A stretch of DNA of 63,794 nucleotides, counting the filler, from Octopus bimaculoides (lineage: Eukaryota): the NCBI RefSeq assembly GCF_001194135.2. It is 6 parts of 6 records of this genome, joined end to end, with 100 filler letters (N's around TTAATTAATTAA, not from the genome) between each part and the next. Parts side by side here need not be neighbours in the genome. Positions count along the whole stretch, not along the records: positions 23,167 to 38,558 come from NC_068982.1; positions 38,659 to 42,002 come from NC_068989.1; positions 42,103 to 62,526 come from NC_068986.1; 3 more parts are not named here. One strand, written 5' to 3'. The position numbers and the translations under genes are program-made. The notes under the pieces were generated by a model, which had not been told where the DNA came from, ran no database searches, and was given only the letters and a program-made list of their open reading frames with translations. Shown piece by piece: positions 35,252-49,400 of this stretch (positions are counted from its first letter, which is position 1; every line of letters begins with the position of its first letter).

Positions 35252-37184
35252 GCGGGGACAAGATATACATAAGATATATGAAGTATACTCTTGATCCAAA
35301 TTTTAAACTTTTCAGAATTTGGTTTTGCTATTCAAGAATTTGCGTGGAGCAATTGATTTTGTGAAGGGGACGAAACAGTAGTTATTGCTGAACTGGTTCT
35401 GCATTTATAAGCACTAACAATCTTAGCATAATTTTCTATAGATGTGAAAGTGATGCAGATATGTAACCGCGTTTTTACTTGCTAAACATAGATTTATTAA
35501 ATAACCGTAACAGATCGATTTTTTTTGTTTCAGTAAAATTTGGTAAAATGAATTCGGGCACAAGAAAAAATAAAAGAATCGGTAAAATAACTACCTGTCA
35601 ATAAGTAGTGACCATAATGAATTTTTCTCCATTCTTTGAATTTATGGTCTTGTACCACTATAGGACATTATTATTTCTTTTAGTATTATTCTTCGTTGCC
35701 CTGCATCTAAATCTTACTGATAGAGTATTTTAAGGGAAATGTTTAGTATTTTAGGAGCGGCGTAAAGCTGATAATGACGAAAAAATTTTATATATTCTTT
35801 TTGCGAGTAGAATGCGTGATTAACTGGTACACGGTGTCTTTGCAACCATTAATTAGTGCTAACATTTCTATTCTGTTTAGAAATGAACTTCTAGGTTTAA
35901 TATACCCTAAAGGCCATTATATTCTCAGCACGTTCAGGTTGCACAAATACTTCTGTTGATACTGGAGTCAGCGTCTCCAGCGTATTCTTAAACGATTACG
36001 ATGGCAATAAATGACACGTAGCATATAAATGATTCACATTTAGCAAGAATCATTGTAGCAGAGGAATCTCATCATACTGTGATTCTCCTACTACTAATTA
36101 AGAAAGGAAAGGAAATTGGTTGAACTAGCGATGTGTCTATATTTGATAGAATTATAGATATAAACAGGTGTGGAAGGGAAATGTCAATCTAGTGATTTAT
36201 CTGTTCTACCGAATAAAAGAAATTTAAAACTACCGCCATCACCACCACTAACTAATACCATCAAAACGACCATCACCACTACCACAACCACTGCATCCAC
36301 TACGAACAAGAAGAACAAAATTTAGAACATAATCTCGTAAGACCACACATGGTGTCGTATTCAAGAGGATATCCAGGTATTCAAATCTACTTATGAAATT
36401 CTACGTATTTTCTTCAGTGCTAGAAAATACTTCAGCTCAGATCTCTGTCTCTCTTTAGGTAATATTGTTCACATATTTGGAACGATACACCTACTCCAAA
36501 CATAAACCTTTTGTACGACATCTTGGAAAATATGGCCAGTATCAGTAATACACGATTATGAAATTTTTCTAAATGCTTAATGCGAATGTCACTAAGAATA
36601 TTGCCAAGTGAAAATCATAATTAATCTAATTATGATCATATCCCAACACATGGTTCTTTTCTTTGGAGCCAAAAGACATTTACACCCCACAAAATTGCTG
36701 ATACACTACTTCGTTCATGTGTGTAATATTATAGAATATTGTTCGCACAGCTGAAACGGTATTGCTGGGCACACAAATATATCTCAGATTACTTTGGGAA
36801 AAGGGCCATACGAATGATTGACATAAATTTCTCACATGCTCTTGTCCTTGGCCTGCAGTTGCTATCTTCTGTCTGTGACATATCTACCACTATTATACTG
36901 GCTTCTCCTGTAAGCTTGAGGGATACATGCCACAGTCATTCAGACACTTCCCTCCCCTGCGTCTCATTTTTTATCACCCTCGCTGTGTCCAACTCAATCA
37001 GACCCTCAATAAGACTTTAGTACCCAATCTTTTCTTTCTAGAACATCGGCTCTCGAATAACTTCTCTGCTGACATCTTTCTATAAAGTGTTGATTCACAG
37101 AGCGTTCAGTTCCCTTCAATCTTCCTGGTCTAGGTGGTTATGCAACAGCCGTCGTCACTTCTTATTCTTCTAGACCCAGCATGT

Positions 37185-37286
<102 letters not shown>

Positions 37287-38341
37287 AAGACAGCGGCCGC
37301 AAATTGCAATGCAGAATTCAACTCATCCTAACCAACCACTGTAACACGTTTAGCTCCAACTGTATCCCATATCATTATCTGTTTTATGTGGAATATTTCG
37401 ATTTCTCACAATTTGAATTATGTCAGATATATTCTCAGTTAATTTGTATAAAATAGTTGAGGACTAAAAATAATTCACAAGAGCTGTGTTTGGAAAAGTG
37501 AAACTTCTTCTTGATCACATATTACATCTACCATAATTGCTATGTTCCGTTTATGTGTAGACTAATCGCAGTCATTATTCAGGGTGCGTGTGATTAATTG
37601 AATGATTTTTAATTAAGGGTGTCAAATTAAACTTTGTAATCGTATTTGTTAGAGTTCTGCTTATAGTGGAATTCGTAACGCAAGAAAATACATGTATTTG
37701 ATATTTTCTATATTTCAGAATATTTGTCATTGAATCTTTTCTATTAGGCATCTTGTGTTTCTGAGTTTTGTCTTATGATTTATCGTCTTACATTCAGATT
37801 TTTAGAGAGAAAGAAATGAACTCATTTAAGAATTACTGTTTCTGTCTTTATTCTTGTTGTGCTGGTAATTGTTGTGCTTGTAGTGTTAATTTTAAGAGTA
37901 AAGAGTATTTCTATTACAATACATCGCAACTTCGAATGTAATTGGCAGTGAGAATATTTTACCATGCAATTATTTCTTTATTTCAGGAAAATGATTATAT
38001 CAAATATTCATATTCTAAAATTCAACAAAAATAAAAGAATATCCTAAAACGATAACCAATCCTCTCATCAAATGAACGAAAAATTAGAACATGATTCCAA
38101 TACTCATTAAAGTACATCAATTTTTGAAACTCTAACACATATGGTTTGAAATCACAATTATTGTGAATTTTACACTAAAAGTCGCTAATAATGTTTCCCA
38201 CGTGATTCAAAATCAGTGAGGTCATTCATAACAGTTTATGACATATTTCCATAATTTAGCAACACTATTTAAAATAAGGGGCATAATATTCTGTTTATAC
38301 TGGTGGAAAATAGAAAAGAGCGCCGTAATAATAATAATAAT

Positions 38342-38495
38342 TCTTTCTTTTTTGCCCACAAGGGGCTAAACATAGAGGGGACAAACAAGGACAGACGAAG
38401 GGATTAAGTCGGTTAGGTCGACCCCAGTGCGTAACTGGTACTTAATTTATCGACCCCCGAAAGGATGAAAGGCAAAGTCGACCTGCCAGCTCGCC

Positions 38496-38497
<2 letters not shown>
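38342..38497 (-). mobile_element. SINE family A, internally deleted, flanked by (AAT)n on both sides
   Basis: Body joined directly to the head at GTCGACC|TGCCAGCTCGCCG. Confidence 0.8.
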
Positions 38498-38558
<61 letters not shown>

Positions 38559-38658
38559 NNNNNNNNNNNNNNNNNNNNNNNNNNNNNNNNNNNNNNNNNN
38601 NNTTAATTAATTAANNNNNNNNNNNNNNNNNNNNNNNNNNNNNNNNNNNNNNNNNNNN
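38559..38658. other. Artificial scaffold linker (44N-TTAATTAATTAA-44N)
   Basis: Counted directly. Confidence 0.95.
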
Positions 38659-39049
38659 GCCACCGCCTCCATTATAATCGTCATCGCCACCATCTCCGCC
38701 GCCATCATCACCACCGCGTCCACCTCTTCCGCCATCATCATAAACACCACCACCACCACCACCACCACCACCACTGCTACCATAACGCCCACCGTCATCG
38801 CCACACCGTTCTGCTATCACCACCACCATCATCATCGTCATTATCATCATCATCCAGTGCCTATAGACCAAAAAGAGGCTGTTCGAATGAAACTACGCTA
38901 AACGCTCGTATATCGGAGAACAGTTGAGAAGAGGAATGCAGCTTTGGTGTCAAGTTGATTTTCGATTTCTAGCAGAACTCAGAAAGTAAGGACGGATGAA
39001 ATGCTGTTAAGCATCCTGTCCGGTACAGTAACGAGGCTCTATGTGCCTT

Positions 39050-39587
39050 GGGTATGTGCTGTGGTTTGTTGTGATGCTCTTATGGTTACTGTATTGAAAG
39101 TGTTTTGCGTAGGATGTGTGCAGTGCCCAGTAGTGCAATTTTCTGTATGTTATATATATTTGTAAGTCCTGGTGCTTTTGTTACGTATTTGTCTGAATAT
39201 TTTTTTATTATACCTAAGGCACCTACTATGATAGGAATCGTTTCTGTTTTTAGATTCCACATTCGAGTTACCTCTATTTCCAGGTCTTTGTATTTTGAAA
39301 GTTTTTCCATTTCTTTTAGGGAAACGTTGTCATCTGCTGGTATTGATACATCAATTAGAAAGCATTTTTTTTCCTTCATGATCTTTGACAAATATATCTG
39401 NNNNNNNNNNNNNNNNNNNNNNNNNNNNNNNNNNNNNNNNTCTATTGGCCTTAATTTCTCTATCTGTGTGTATTGGCATATCCCAGAGTATGGTTGCTTT
39501 CTCGTTTTCTGTGACCTTTTCTGGCGTGTGCCTATACCATCTTTTTTTCTGTTGTTATTCCATAGTGTTAGTATAGCTTCCAGTGTA

Positions 39588-39590
<3 letters not shown>
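39050..39590 (-). mobile_element. R4/Dong-like RLE retrotransposon 3' end (subfamily 1) with stop and start of 3' UTR
   Basis: CFLIDVSIPADDNVSLKEMEKLSKYKDLEIEVTRMW...IPIIVGALG...LLGTAHILRKTLSIQ*. Confidence 0.9.
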
Positions 39591-39641
<51 letters not shown>

Positions 39642-39762
39642 GCATTATTATTATTATTATTACTACTACTACTACTACTACAACTATTATTATTATTATT
39701 AGCATTATTATTATTATTATTATTACTACTACTACTACTACAACTATTATTATTATTATTAT

Positions 39763-39806
<44 letters not shown>
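39591..39806. repeat. Compound (ATT)/(ACT)/(AGT) microsatellite with a duplicated unit of about 60 bp
   Basis: AGC(ATT)n(ACT)nACAACT(ATT)n occurs at 39641-39700 and 39701-39763. Confidence 0.9.
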
Positions 39807-39819
39807 TTGTGAAGTAGCA

Positions 39820-40015
39820 GTGTCGTTAGCTCAGTAGGCAAGATGCTTAGCAATATTTCGTCCGTCTTTACGTTCTGAATTCGAATTCCGCCAAGGTCGA
39901 CTTTACCTCTCATCTTTTCGGAGTCGATAAAATAAGTACCAGCTGAACACTGGAGTCGATGTAATCGACTTAGTCCCTCCCCTCGAAATTGCTGGCATTG
40001 CGCCAAAATTTGAAA
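39820..40015 (+). mobile_element. SINE family A
   Basis: GAATTCGAATTCCGCCAAGGTCGACTTTACC...GTCGATAAAATAAGTACCAG. Confidence 0.8.
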
Positions 40016-40479
40016 TTATTATAATTGTTTTACTTCTCAAAACGCTCGGTTTTGTTTGCTCTGGTAAATTCTGTGAGAGCGGACATCATTTTGCTGTTAG
40101 AGATCTCACAGTTTCTCTTTCCGCAATTATCATTATTGTTGAAAAGGAAGCTAGAAATTCTGCCCCAACCCCACTCAGTAATTTTGTTAAAAGGTGGGTG
40201 AATGTTACAAGAATGACCCGAATGAATGGGCCTACTCTAAGTATGCGTCTGTAGAAAAAGTGGAGAGAGGGATTACCCTGGTGGTTAGGGCAATCATGGA
40301 TTTGTGAGGTTTCCACGAGCAGTCCCAAGTCTCCTACTTTGGGGGAATTTTGTTGCTATAATCGATTGTTTTTTATTGTTTGGACGACTTTGATGTAACT
40401 CCACTTTCTATTTGACCTGTGCTGTCCACAATGTCTTTAATGTAAACCTTTTGTGTCTAATAAAGAAATAATAATAATG

Positions 40480-40887
40480 ACGTGGTATGAGAACAAACTG
40501 CAGAGTGTGGCAGAGTCGGGGACTAGCAAAATCCTCAGTGATTTCTCCAATCCAAACAGATCAGGTGCTAGAGCATTACAGACCGTACCTAGTGGTGGTG
40601 GACAAGGTGCACCACATAAGCTATATAGTTGATGTTGCATGTCCCTTTGACCCACGAATAGTCAAGAAGGAAGACGAAAAGATAGATAGATAGATACAAG
40701 CCTCTTAAGTACGAAATAGCCCGGCTATGGAAAATGAACAAGGTGAAGATATTGCCAGTTATTATTGGGTATCAGAAGGCATCAAGAGGAATATAAAGGA
40801 AATCGGAATAGAGTGCCCAGTAGAACTGTTACAAAAGGTTTGCCTCCTTGCACGGCCAGAATAATCAGGAAAGTATTAGATAGCTGA
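40480..40887 (+). mobile_element. R4/Dong-like RLE domain (subfamily 3) with stop
   Basis: WYENK...IQTDQVLEHYRPYLVVVDK...IVDVACPFD.RIVKKEDEKID.Y.PLKYEIARLW...LLQKVCLL..ARIIRKVLDS*; frameshift caused by a (GATA) expansion. Confidence 0.8.
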
Positions 40888-40944
40888 AAAGAATGAATAG
40901 TATATTGCTGCAGACTGCTGCAACAAAACCTGTGATAAAGAGAA

Positions 40945-40999
<55 letters not shown>

Positions 41000-41324
41000 A
41001 TTAATATTATTATTATTATTATCATCCTCGGTAGAATTCAGCTTGGCCTTTAAGCCTTTCAGGGTCGACAAAATAAAGTTCCAATCATGTACGGAGGTCG
41101 ATTCAATTGACTAACTTCTCTCCTTGTTAACCTTGTGCTTCTAAATCTGTAATAATCATCGTTGTTGTTGTTGTTGTTGTTGTTGTTTCTAATCTTTACA
41201 GCGGTGGTGGACTGTCTGAAGTGGAAAGCCAAACCACGCACCTTTTACCACCAAAAATATTTATGGACTTATGCCAATGTTACAAAATCACGTATTACTA
41301 TTATCATCCTCATCATCATCATCA

Positions 41325-41356
<32 letters not shown>

Positions 41357-41858
41357 GTTATCATCATCATCATCATCATCATAACTACTACTACTATTAC
41401 TACTACTACTACTACTAGCAGCAGCAGCAGCAGCAACAGCAGCGGAACAGCAGCAGATATCAGGACTTGGAAGAGTTAAGTACACGGCAAGCGCATTAAT
41501 TACAATACAAATGTGTTCGCCCGAAGTTAAACGAGAAAAGGTGTCGGAGAGTAAACATGCACTTATAACTAATATACTTAAGAAGAGTTTTATAACAACG
41601 ATTGTTCTAAGTAAATCTGATTAATTGATGTACACTTGATAACAAAGCTGGGTTATAGACATAAGACGAATATATAGTGATTCATGCCTCTTACCTGACA
41701 CGGCAATCTAGAGAAACGCAATTTTCTTATTTTCCACTTCAGTTAAGCTCACTCAGCCGTAAGATTGAGTTAAACACATTTTAAAATGGCGGATAAATGC
41801 AAATGTGTTCTGAAGTTTCCTTCCAGCGTAATATTTCCGGCATATAACGTGTAGGCCG

Positions 41859-41934
<76 letters not shown>

Positions 41935-42002
41935 GTACACAAAAATATATATGAATTTATAAATATATATAAATATATATACACACACACACACACACAC
42001 AC

Positions 42003-42102
42003 NNNNNNNNNNNNNNNNNNNNNNNNNNNNNNNNNNNNNNNNNNNNTTAATTAATTAANNNNNNNNNNNNNNNNNNNNNNNNNNNNNNNNNNNNNNNNNN
42101 NN
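42003..42102. other. Artificial scaffold linker (44N-TTAATTAATTAA-44N)
   Basis: Counted directly. Confidence 0.95.
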
Positions 42103-43571
42103 ATATATATATATATATACACACATTTATATACATACGTTAAGCGTGAAATCTATATAATGTTTTGTATGTGAAATGTAAAAATGTTGCTAACACGAAG
42201 AATACGGTGTTAAGTTTAAACGTAAATTATTAACTCGACGAAAAATAATGATTGGTAACGAAGGGATCTGGACACAGAAGCAGCATGAATATCTGCCATA
42301 GATAGGTAGTACACTTGTTTTCCTCAACCAGCATAAGACTTATATAAATAATCGATAAATGTATTTCTACGTTAAGATAGTTCTATTTCTGTATTTGTAT
42401 AACTTAACACACAGCATTGTCGTCGCTGTAACTCTCCCGTCCAAAATAAAAGCAATATCTCTATACATCACATGCAATGCAACTATATTATTATTCGTTT
42501 GATTCACAATTGAGTGTAATTGCCAAAACTCAAATTATCTATTAATAAATTCAGCCGAAAGTGCAATTGACTTTCAATTTAACGTCCTATTATTTCCCAA
42601 GATTCATTATGATATAACATTCTTTCTTTGTATGCGGTCTCATATTCGCCATATTTTAATTACATTTTGTATATATCGTGACGAGCCACGGCTAAATATA
42701 TTTGAATTCTCTTATAGAATTACATCGTATGATTTCATGAACTCTATTGAAAATTACTATATCAGCTATTTCATCTGCTTTATATTGTAGCTGAAATTTA
42801 AATGTTATTCATTTAGAGTGGAATCAAAATTTTCAATTCGATTCTCTTTGGAAAGTATATTGTCATATCACTACCCATCGCCAGCACTAAGTTAATGTAT
42901 AATAAACTGATTTTGCCATACTTTAAAAGCGGCGACTGTTCCAGAATATCCTGGTATTTGTAATTAGCGTTAATTAGTAACTTGTACTTTATATTCTGAT
43001 AAAACTCAATATATAACCAGAATTGAGGCTACAATGTCTGATTATTTTCTGTTCATCATTCTTCGCTCTTCAAATGACGTTAACCCAAATCTGGTTAAAA
43101 ATCATTTTTCCCTTTTGCACACTACGCAGTTATGTTGTTACATGCGTTTACTCTCTACTCATATCAAATGTAAGAAGCAACCGTCGCCTAATTTTATATA
43201 AGTTTCAAACCTTTAATTGCCTGGAGAATAATACTCGCGCATTTCACTTTGAAAGGACGTGTAGGATGATTATTTGAAAAGTATATCAAAACCAAATATT
43301 AAATTTCGTCTATAAATGTTAGTATGATTACTCAATAAATATCAGTGTCATAAAAAACAACAAAACAAGATTCATGTATTTCCAATATTCTGTACCTGTT
43401 GATAATAATCTTTTTATGACAAATCAGTGTTATGTGAGATACATCAAACATGTACTGTTCCACATTTTACACTGATATCAGACGTTTGTTTCTAGAATAA
43501 AAAACAAAAAAAATAGTAAATTTTAGCAAAACATATTTATTAAGTCTCCGTAACGTCAATGAAGAGTATAT

Positions 43572-44172
43572 CGTTTCTACTCTAGGCACAAGACCCAAAA
43601 TTTTGAGCGAGGGGCGACCCCGAAAATATGAAAGGCAAAGCCGACCACGGCGGAATTTGAACTCAGAACGTAAAGACAGACGAAATACTGCTAAGTATTT
43701 CGCCCGGCATGCAAACGTTTCTTATTTCTTTACTGCCCACAAGGGAGTACACACAGAGGGGACAAGCAAGGACAGACAAAGGGATTAAGTCGATTACATC
43801 GACCCCAGTGCGTAACTGATACTTAAGTTATCGACCCCGAAAGGATGAAAGGCAAAGTAGACCTCGGCGGAATTTGAACTCCGAGCGTAACGGCAGACGA
43901 AATGCCGCTAAGCACTTCACCAGGAGTGCTAACGTTTCTAATTTCTTTATTGCCCAGAAGGGGCTACACAGAGAGGGGACAAACAAGGACAGACAAAAGG
44001 ATTAAGTCAGCTACATCGACCTCGGCGCGTAACTGGTAATTAATTTATTGACCTCGAAAGGATGAAAAGCAAAGTCGACCACAGCGGAAATTGAACTCCG
44101 AATGTAAAGACAGACAAAATACCGGTAAGCATTTCACCCGGTGTGCTAACGTTTCTGCCAGCTCGCAGCCTT
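43572..44172 (-). mobile_element. Head-to-tail SINE family A trimer
   Basis: Units 43723-43939 and 43940-44156 are each 217 bp; the third unit is internally deleted and has a different tail. Confidence 0.9.
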
Positions 44173-45169
44173 CAATGAAGAGCACGCCAGGGAAATAATA
44201 TTAATACAACGTTAAATAAGAAACTGCCTTTGCAGGCACCACTGAATTTGTAGCATTATTCATAACGTCATTTTTCACGAAACTCCATGAGACCCGATAG
44301 AGGGAATGAAGTATTTAGCAGCCCTGTTTCTTTCTCTATTAGTAATTAATAATTACTCAGAATTTTAAAAGAATTTTTTTTTCGGAACATGCGTACCTTC
44401 CCGCACCCCACACACACAAAAAAATGGTCTCCCATCAGCTTACTCTAAAAATTTCCTTATATATATAAACGCGAATCATTGTAAAAGTGGTCGGTATTTG
44501 ACACAGTAGCCAAGGACCAACATAATGTAATATTGAATTTTCCTTTCTCTTATATTTCTCAGAAACTTGCCATCTGTTTCCTTATTTCCTGTTGTAGGGG
44601 ACAATTTCAGTGCGAATATAAAGGATCCATACCTTGTAGACGAATAGATTCCAGAAACGTCTGTCGAAATAATCTTATACGGTGCTATAACACTCTATAA
44701 ATTTTTCTTTAGAGCTCTTCCTTTTTCTCTGACTTTTCAATCCATCATTAAGATTTCTCACTGCCGTCGATGTATCTTATAATTTTTAATTCTTAATTCA
44801 GTATTTTTAATCTTAAAATTAATATGATTTTTAATCGATGTATCACATTTTAATCAACCTTTTCACGTATATTTTTACCTCAGGTATTTCTTATATCTAT
44901 TCTAAATAATATAAAGATATGTTCCTTATTTTTGTGTATGTATTGTGTTATATGTATTTATTGTGTTGATATAAATCACAACTATAGAATATTTATCTAA
45001 ATTTTGTCTCTTCTTAAACCAAGTTACATAATGTCTAGCGTCTCGGGTTCGACCTGAGCACTTTTAAGTAATTGTGTAAAAAATCTTTTTCGAAAGAAAA
45101 AATTGTTTATATATATATTTATATATATATATATATATATTTATATATACATATATACATGCATATAAC

Positions 45170-45307
45170 ATATTTGCCACCTAAGTGTGGCGGTCTTATA
45201 GGGAACGATGTTACTATTGTTTATAGGCTCAGGAGGATGTTCTCATGGGACTATAAACAACAGCAGTATCGTCCCCTGCGGGACCGCCACATTTAGGTGG
45301 CAAATAT
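45170..45307. mobile_element. Palindromic MITE-like hairpin (138 bp)
   Basis: Outer 26 bp inverted with 1 mismatch (ATATTTGCCACCTAAGTGTGGCGGTC / GACCGCCACATTTAGGTGGCAAATAT); imperfect pairing continues to the centre. Confidence 0.8.
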
Positions 45308-45427
45308 ACTTCACGGTTCCGTGCTGCTACTGTTTACTTCTCGCTCAGAGAGTTAATATTACCATGTGCGTGTGTGTGTGTGTGTGTGTGTATGTGTGTG
45401 TGCGTGAGTGTGTGTGTGTGTGTGTGC

Positions 45428-45483
<56 letters not shown>

Positions 45484-47752
45484 ATATATATGTATATGTG
45501 TGTATCCATCTCTGCATATGTGTACAAAGTGATAGATAGACAAACTTTTGGATAGATAATTTCATACATACATCTATAGACTTGTTTGCAAATAATAGAT
45601 TAAGCGGTGTCCAAACACTCACAGAAATACATGTTTATATGTATTATTCTGTGTATCGACTCATGTAAGTAAATCTCATACACTATTTTTCCACATCGAA
45701 TAAGATATTATAACTTACAAGTATTGATAATTTTTTTCTCGCCAACTCTTTCTGAACTATGCGCTATCTTCCTTTTCATCGTTACGTTTAAATACACATG
45801 CAAAGATAACTTACCAGTGTTGCGCCAGAGATATTACCTCTTTTCAGCGATACATACAACTATGAAAATATTCTCATGATAATAAAACAGAGTGATATTT
45901 TTCCAAAGTAGATACATACAAACACTCTAAAATTTAACGCTCACAAACATATGCATATATTATTGGGCATGTGTGTTTGTGTGTGCGTGACGTATGTGAG
46001 TGTTTATGTTTGTAACTCTGTGTATATGCAACTATCTATCTTTATATATGTGTGTATGTATTTATTAAAATGTATATATTGTGTGAGTATATGCGTGTTA
46101 TATCAGTTACAGCACTTGTTTTTCTTCCTTGATTCCTATTTCAATATAAACTTTATTTAAATATGCCAAACATCACATAGTGAATTTACGATTAATGGGG
46201 GATTTAGACATATTTCTACGACTGCATACAGCATACAGCATACAAACACAAAATACAGTGAAACCTAAACGTAGTGATAAGAACGATCGAAGCAATCACA
46301 GTAAATACCTATTACACCGACCCTATACTCATAAAACATGTTACCATGCATGAATAAATCATTGGGTTTTAAAGAATTCGATGACATGTCCGATATGCCG
46401 CAACCAAGTGAAAATACTGTTTTCTCTGCTTCAGTTCAAAGAAAGATTTACTGGCATCACCTAAATAATTTGTTATTCGTTTGACGCTTTTGATATGCGG
46501 TAGTTGATATGCATTTCTTTTTAGAATGTAGTGATTTAATTTTCATCTATGAAAACATGGAAAGCAAAGAAGACCGAGCACATTTGCGTTTGATCTATAT
46601 GTGGTGTGTGTGTGTTTTTTTTCTCCATGACTTTCTATATTTTTCATTCATTCGTTTTCAGTTTTCCGATTAGTTACTCTTGGGGAATATATTCCAAGAG
46701 AAAAAGGCTTCTGTTAATATTTTTTCTACCCGTTTATTACATGCCTGTAGTAATATTTATTTAAATACGGCTAAAGAAAATATTTTTCAAAAAAATTGTA
46801 TTTTCTTTAAAAGCAAAGATATAGTATTCATGATATTTTATATGTTGATGTAGGAATTTTACATTAAATTCAGAAGTAAATATGAAAAACAAAAGGATAA
46901 ATTAAGAAATCTCAGAACGAAAATTTTTCAGAGAAAATGTTTGAAGTAAACGGTTAACAGTGTTTACTTTCATCCTCCTCCAAACTGTATTCAAAGCAAT
47001 CTTAAGTAGGATGTACCTCAATTTAATGTAGTTGAATAGTTTTCGTGATATAGATTTTATGTTATGAATGGAATATTTATTAAGTGCATTCTGGGTGATA
47101 TATATCGGGCTACCGGGGAAAATATCTTGCAATTTCGAAATTGCTCAGCCTTCTGGAGACAACATGCACCGAACTTGATTGTTTTTTCTTCACACCAGTA
47201 TCAATGCACATTAAGACTAATTGAGTGATACGGGTAAATTGCGTAACCTATGGTCTCATTAAGTTGTGAAATCTTAAAATTATGAAAAACAAGAAAAACA
47301 AATACTATTGTTATAACTACACTATAAATATTTGTGTGCGAATGAATATGAGAGAATATCATAGTAAGGAAGCAAAGAATCATGTAATCGGCTCGATAGA
47401 CTTGAACAAAGAATTAGGAAGAAACATAAAGAAATATGGTAGGTATTTGTTCACTACTTGACCGTTTTAAAATTTTAACGTAAGAACGACGATGAGGAAC
47501 AGAAGCGTGTGACAGTGATTATGGCTACGATGATAGCAGGGCGTGATGATGATGATAGCAGGGCGTGATGATGATGAAGATGGATGTTTTATTCATTTAC
47601 TTCTGTTGCTATAGAGAAAAGAGACGAATGAAACATTGCAATGATGGTTTCAATTTGTTTGACATTTACATTGGAAAGATGAATGGAATCACTGTAGAGC
47701 GGAGGTGATATAAAACCTATACATTCCATTTGGATACGGACTATGGTGATGG

Positions 47753-47800
<48 letters not shown>

Positions 47801-48589
47801 GGATGATGATGATGATGATGATGATGAGGTAATCAACGAGCAAGTCCAAATATATGTGAAAACCTTCAATGAAATTTATAGCGAAAGATATCAGTAAAAG
47901 TACAGATAAATATTACAGTAATATAAAATAACTAAAGTTAAAACACACCTGATATAAGAACGGTTGAAAGAAGTGATTCTCTCGTAATCCCAATGAATCG
48001 GTTAGTATGAAATAATTTGACTACGTTTCCCCCCAACAAATCAAACATTTCGATTCCGAACTATAAAGATGTTTACAAGAACGAAAAGCACAAAGCTAAT
48101 ATGAATGCCAATCCACTCTCACGTAAAGTAACATAAACCAAATTCCTAGGATTTGTGTGAACGAGTAATCATTTGGCAACTGCTGATCTCACTAATAAAA
48201 ACCAGTCTTCAACAACCACACTTTTCATTTTGGAACTTAAAGCAACTTATTGAACCAGACAAGACTTATATGCAAAATATTTGTTTTAGAAAGAAGATAT
48301 TAAGCTGTGTGCAACCGAAAATTAATAAATCGAATGTCTACTAAAGACAGAATCCATATTTCCATATAAATTGTTATCAGATACCGATTATGGAATTGCG
48401 CATTGGAAATATATAAAATATTAAAATATACTAAGAAATCTAATAACATTTTAGATAAAGAAATATGGTTAAACGGAATCAAATTAATCACAGAAATAAA
48501 AATACCTATGTAGGAATAGTCAGATGGAAGAACAGCTTAAAAAATAGATAAATGAATGAATAATAATGAAGCTAAAAATGAATAATTGC

Positions 48590-49400
48590 AGGTGATCCAA
48601 ATGCTCTATGTAAGTTAATAGCCATCAATTATCCAGCTGCAAGAATACTGTCTTAGTTATAATATTCTCCAGTGGATGATAAATGAATTAGCAATATTAT
48701 TGAGAATCCAAGGCGAATAAAGACATCATTACATAATTCAAAATACTTCTCCCTAAATATGAATAGATTATACTTACCACGAAACGTTAGAGATATAAAG
48801 GACTAATGTAACTGGAAATGTATTATATAATATCCATTGAATGTAAACAGCTATTAAAGAATAAGTTAGGACACAAATGCAAATCACTAGAAGATATGAA
48901 CAAAAGAGTCATTCTTCTGTATTAAAGAAGAATGCAAATAGAGCGCAAGGAAAGATAGATTATGGCAGTTGGAAGGAGAATGAAGAAACAATAGACGAAG
49001 TTCTGTAAAGCTTAGAAGTAAACTAAGATGGAGCAGCTGAAGGTCACACTAAATGAATGGAGGAAAGTGAATTTATATAACCAATGCATGGAAACGAACC
49101 TAATGTGAGGGAAGTAGAATATGAAACACTTCAACTCTGTGACGCGTTGGTAACAATAAATTAAATAACATAATGTGAACTGCAACACGGTATGAATAGC
49201 AAATTCAAACCCATGTTATCCACAATCATTATGTTACCAAATTTGAATTAAAATCATTCTGCTTCAAGCATGATGATAGCTGAATAACATGAAGAATTTA
49301 TGGAGAACTATATCTGAAATAACGATATTACAACCGTATAGATGTAAAATGAAACTGAAGATTTACTGCAAAATATAAGAAAAAGAGATATGAAAAAATA
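48590..49400 (+). mobile_element. Highly decayed R4/Dong-like fragment
   Basis: KLIAINYPA..ILS...W...EL...MNRLYLPRN; the RLYLPR motif is shared with the subfamily 2 region. Confidence 0.5.

Noticed and set aside
39086-40006. Longest ORF (306 aa)
   Set aside because: It is a chimera of SINE, microsatellite, an N gap and an R4 endonuclease end; not a gene.
43572-44172. CRISPR-like or satellite array
   Set aside because: The units are whole SINE bodies with no unique spacers; eukaryotic context.
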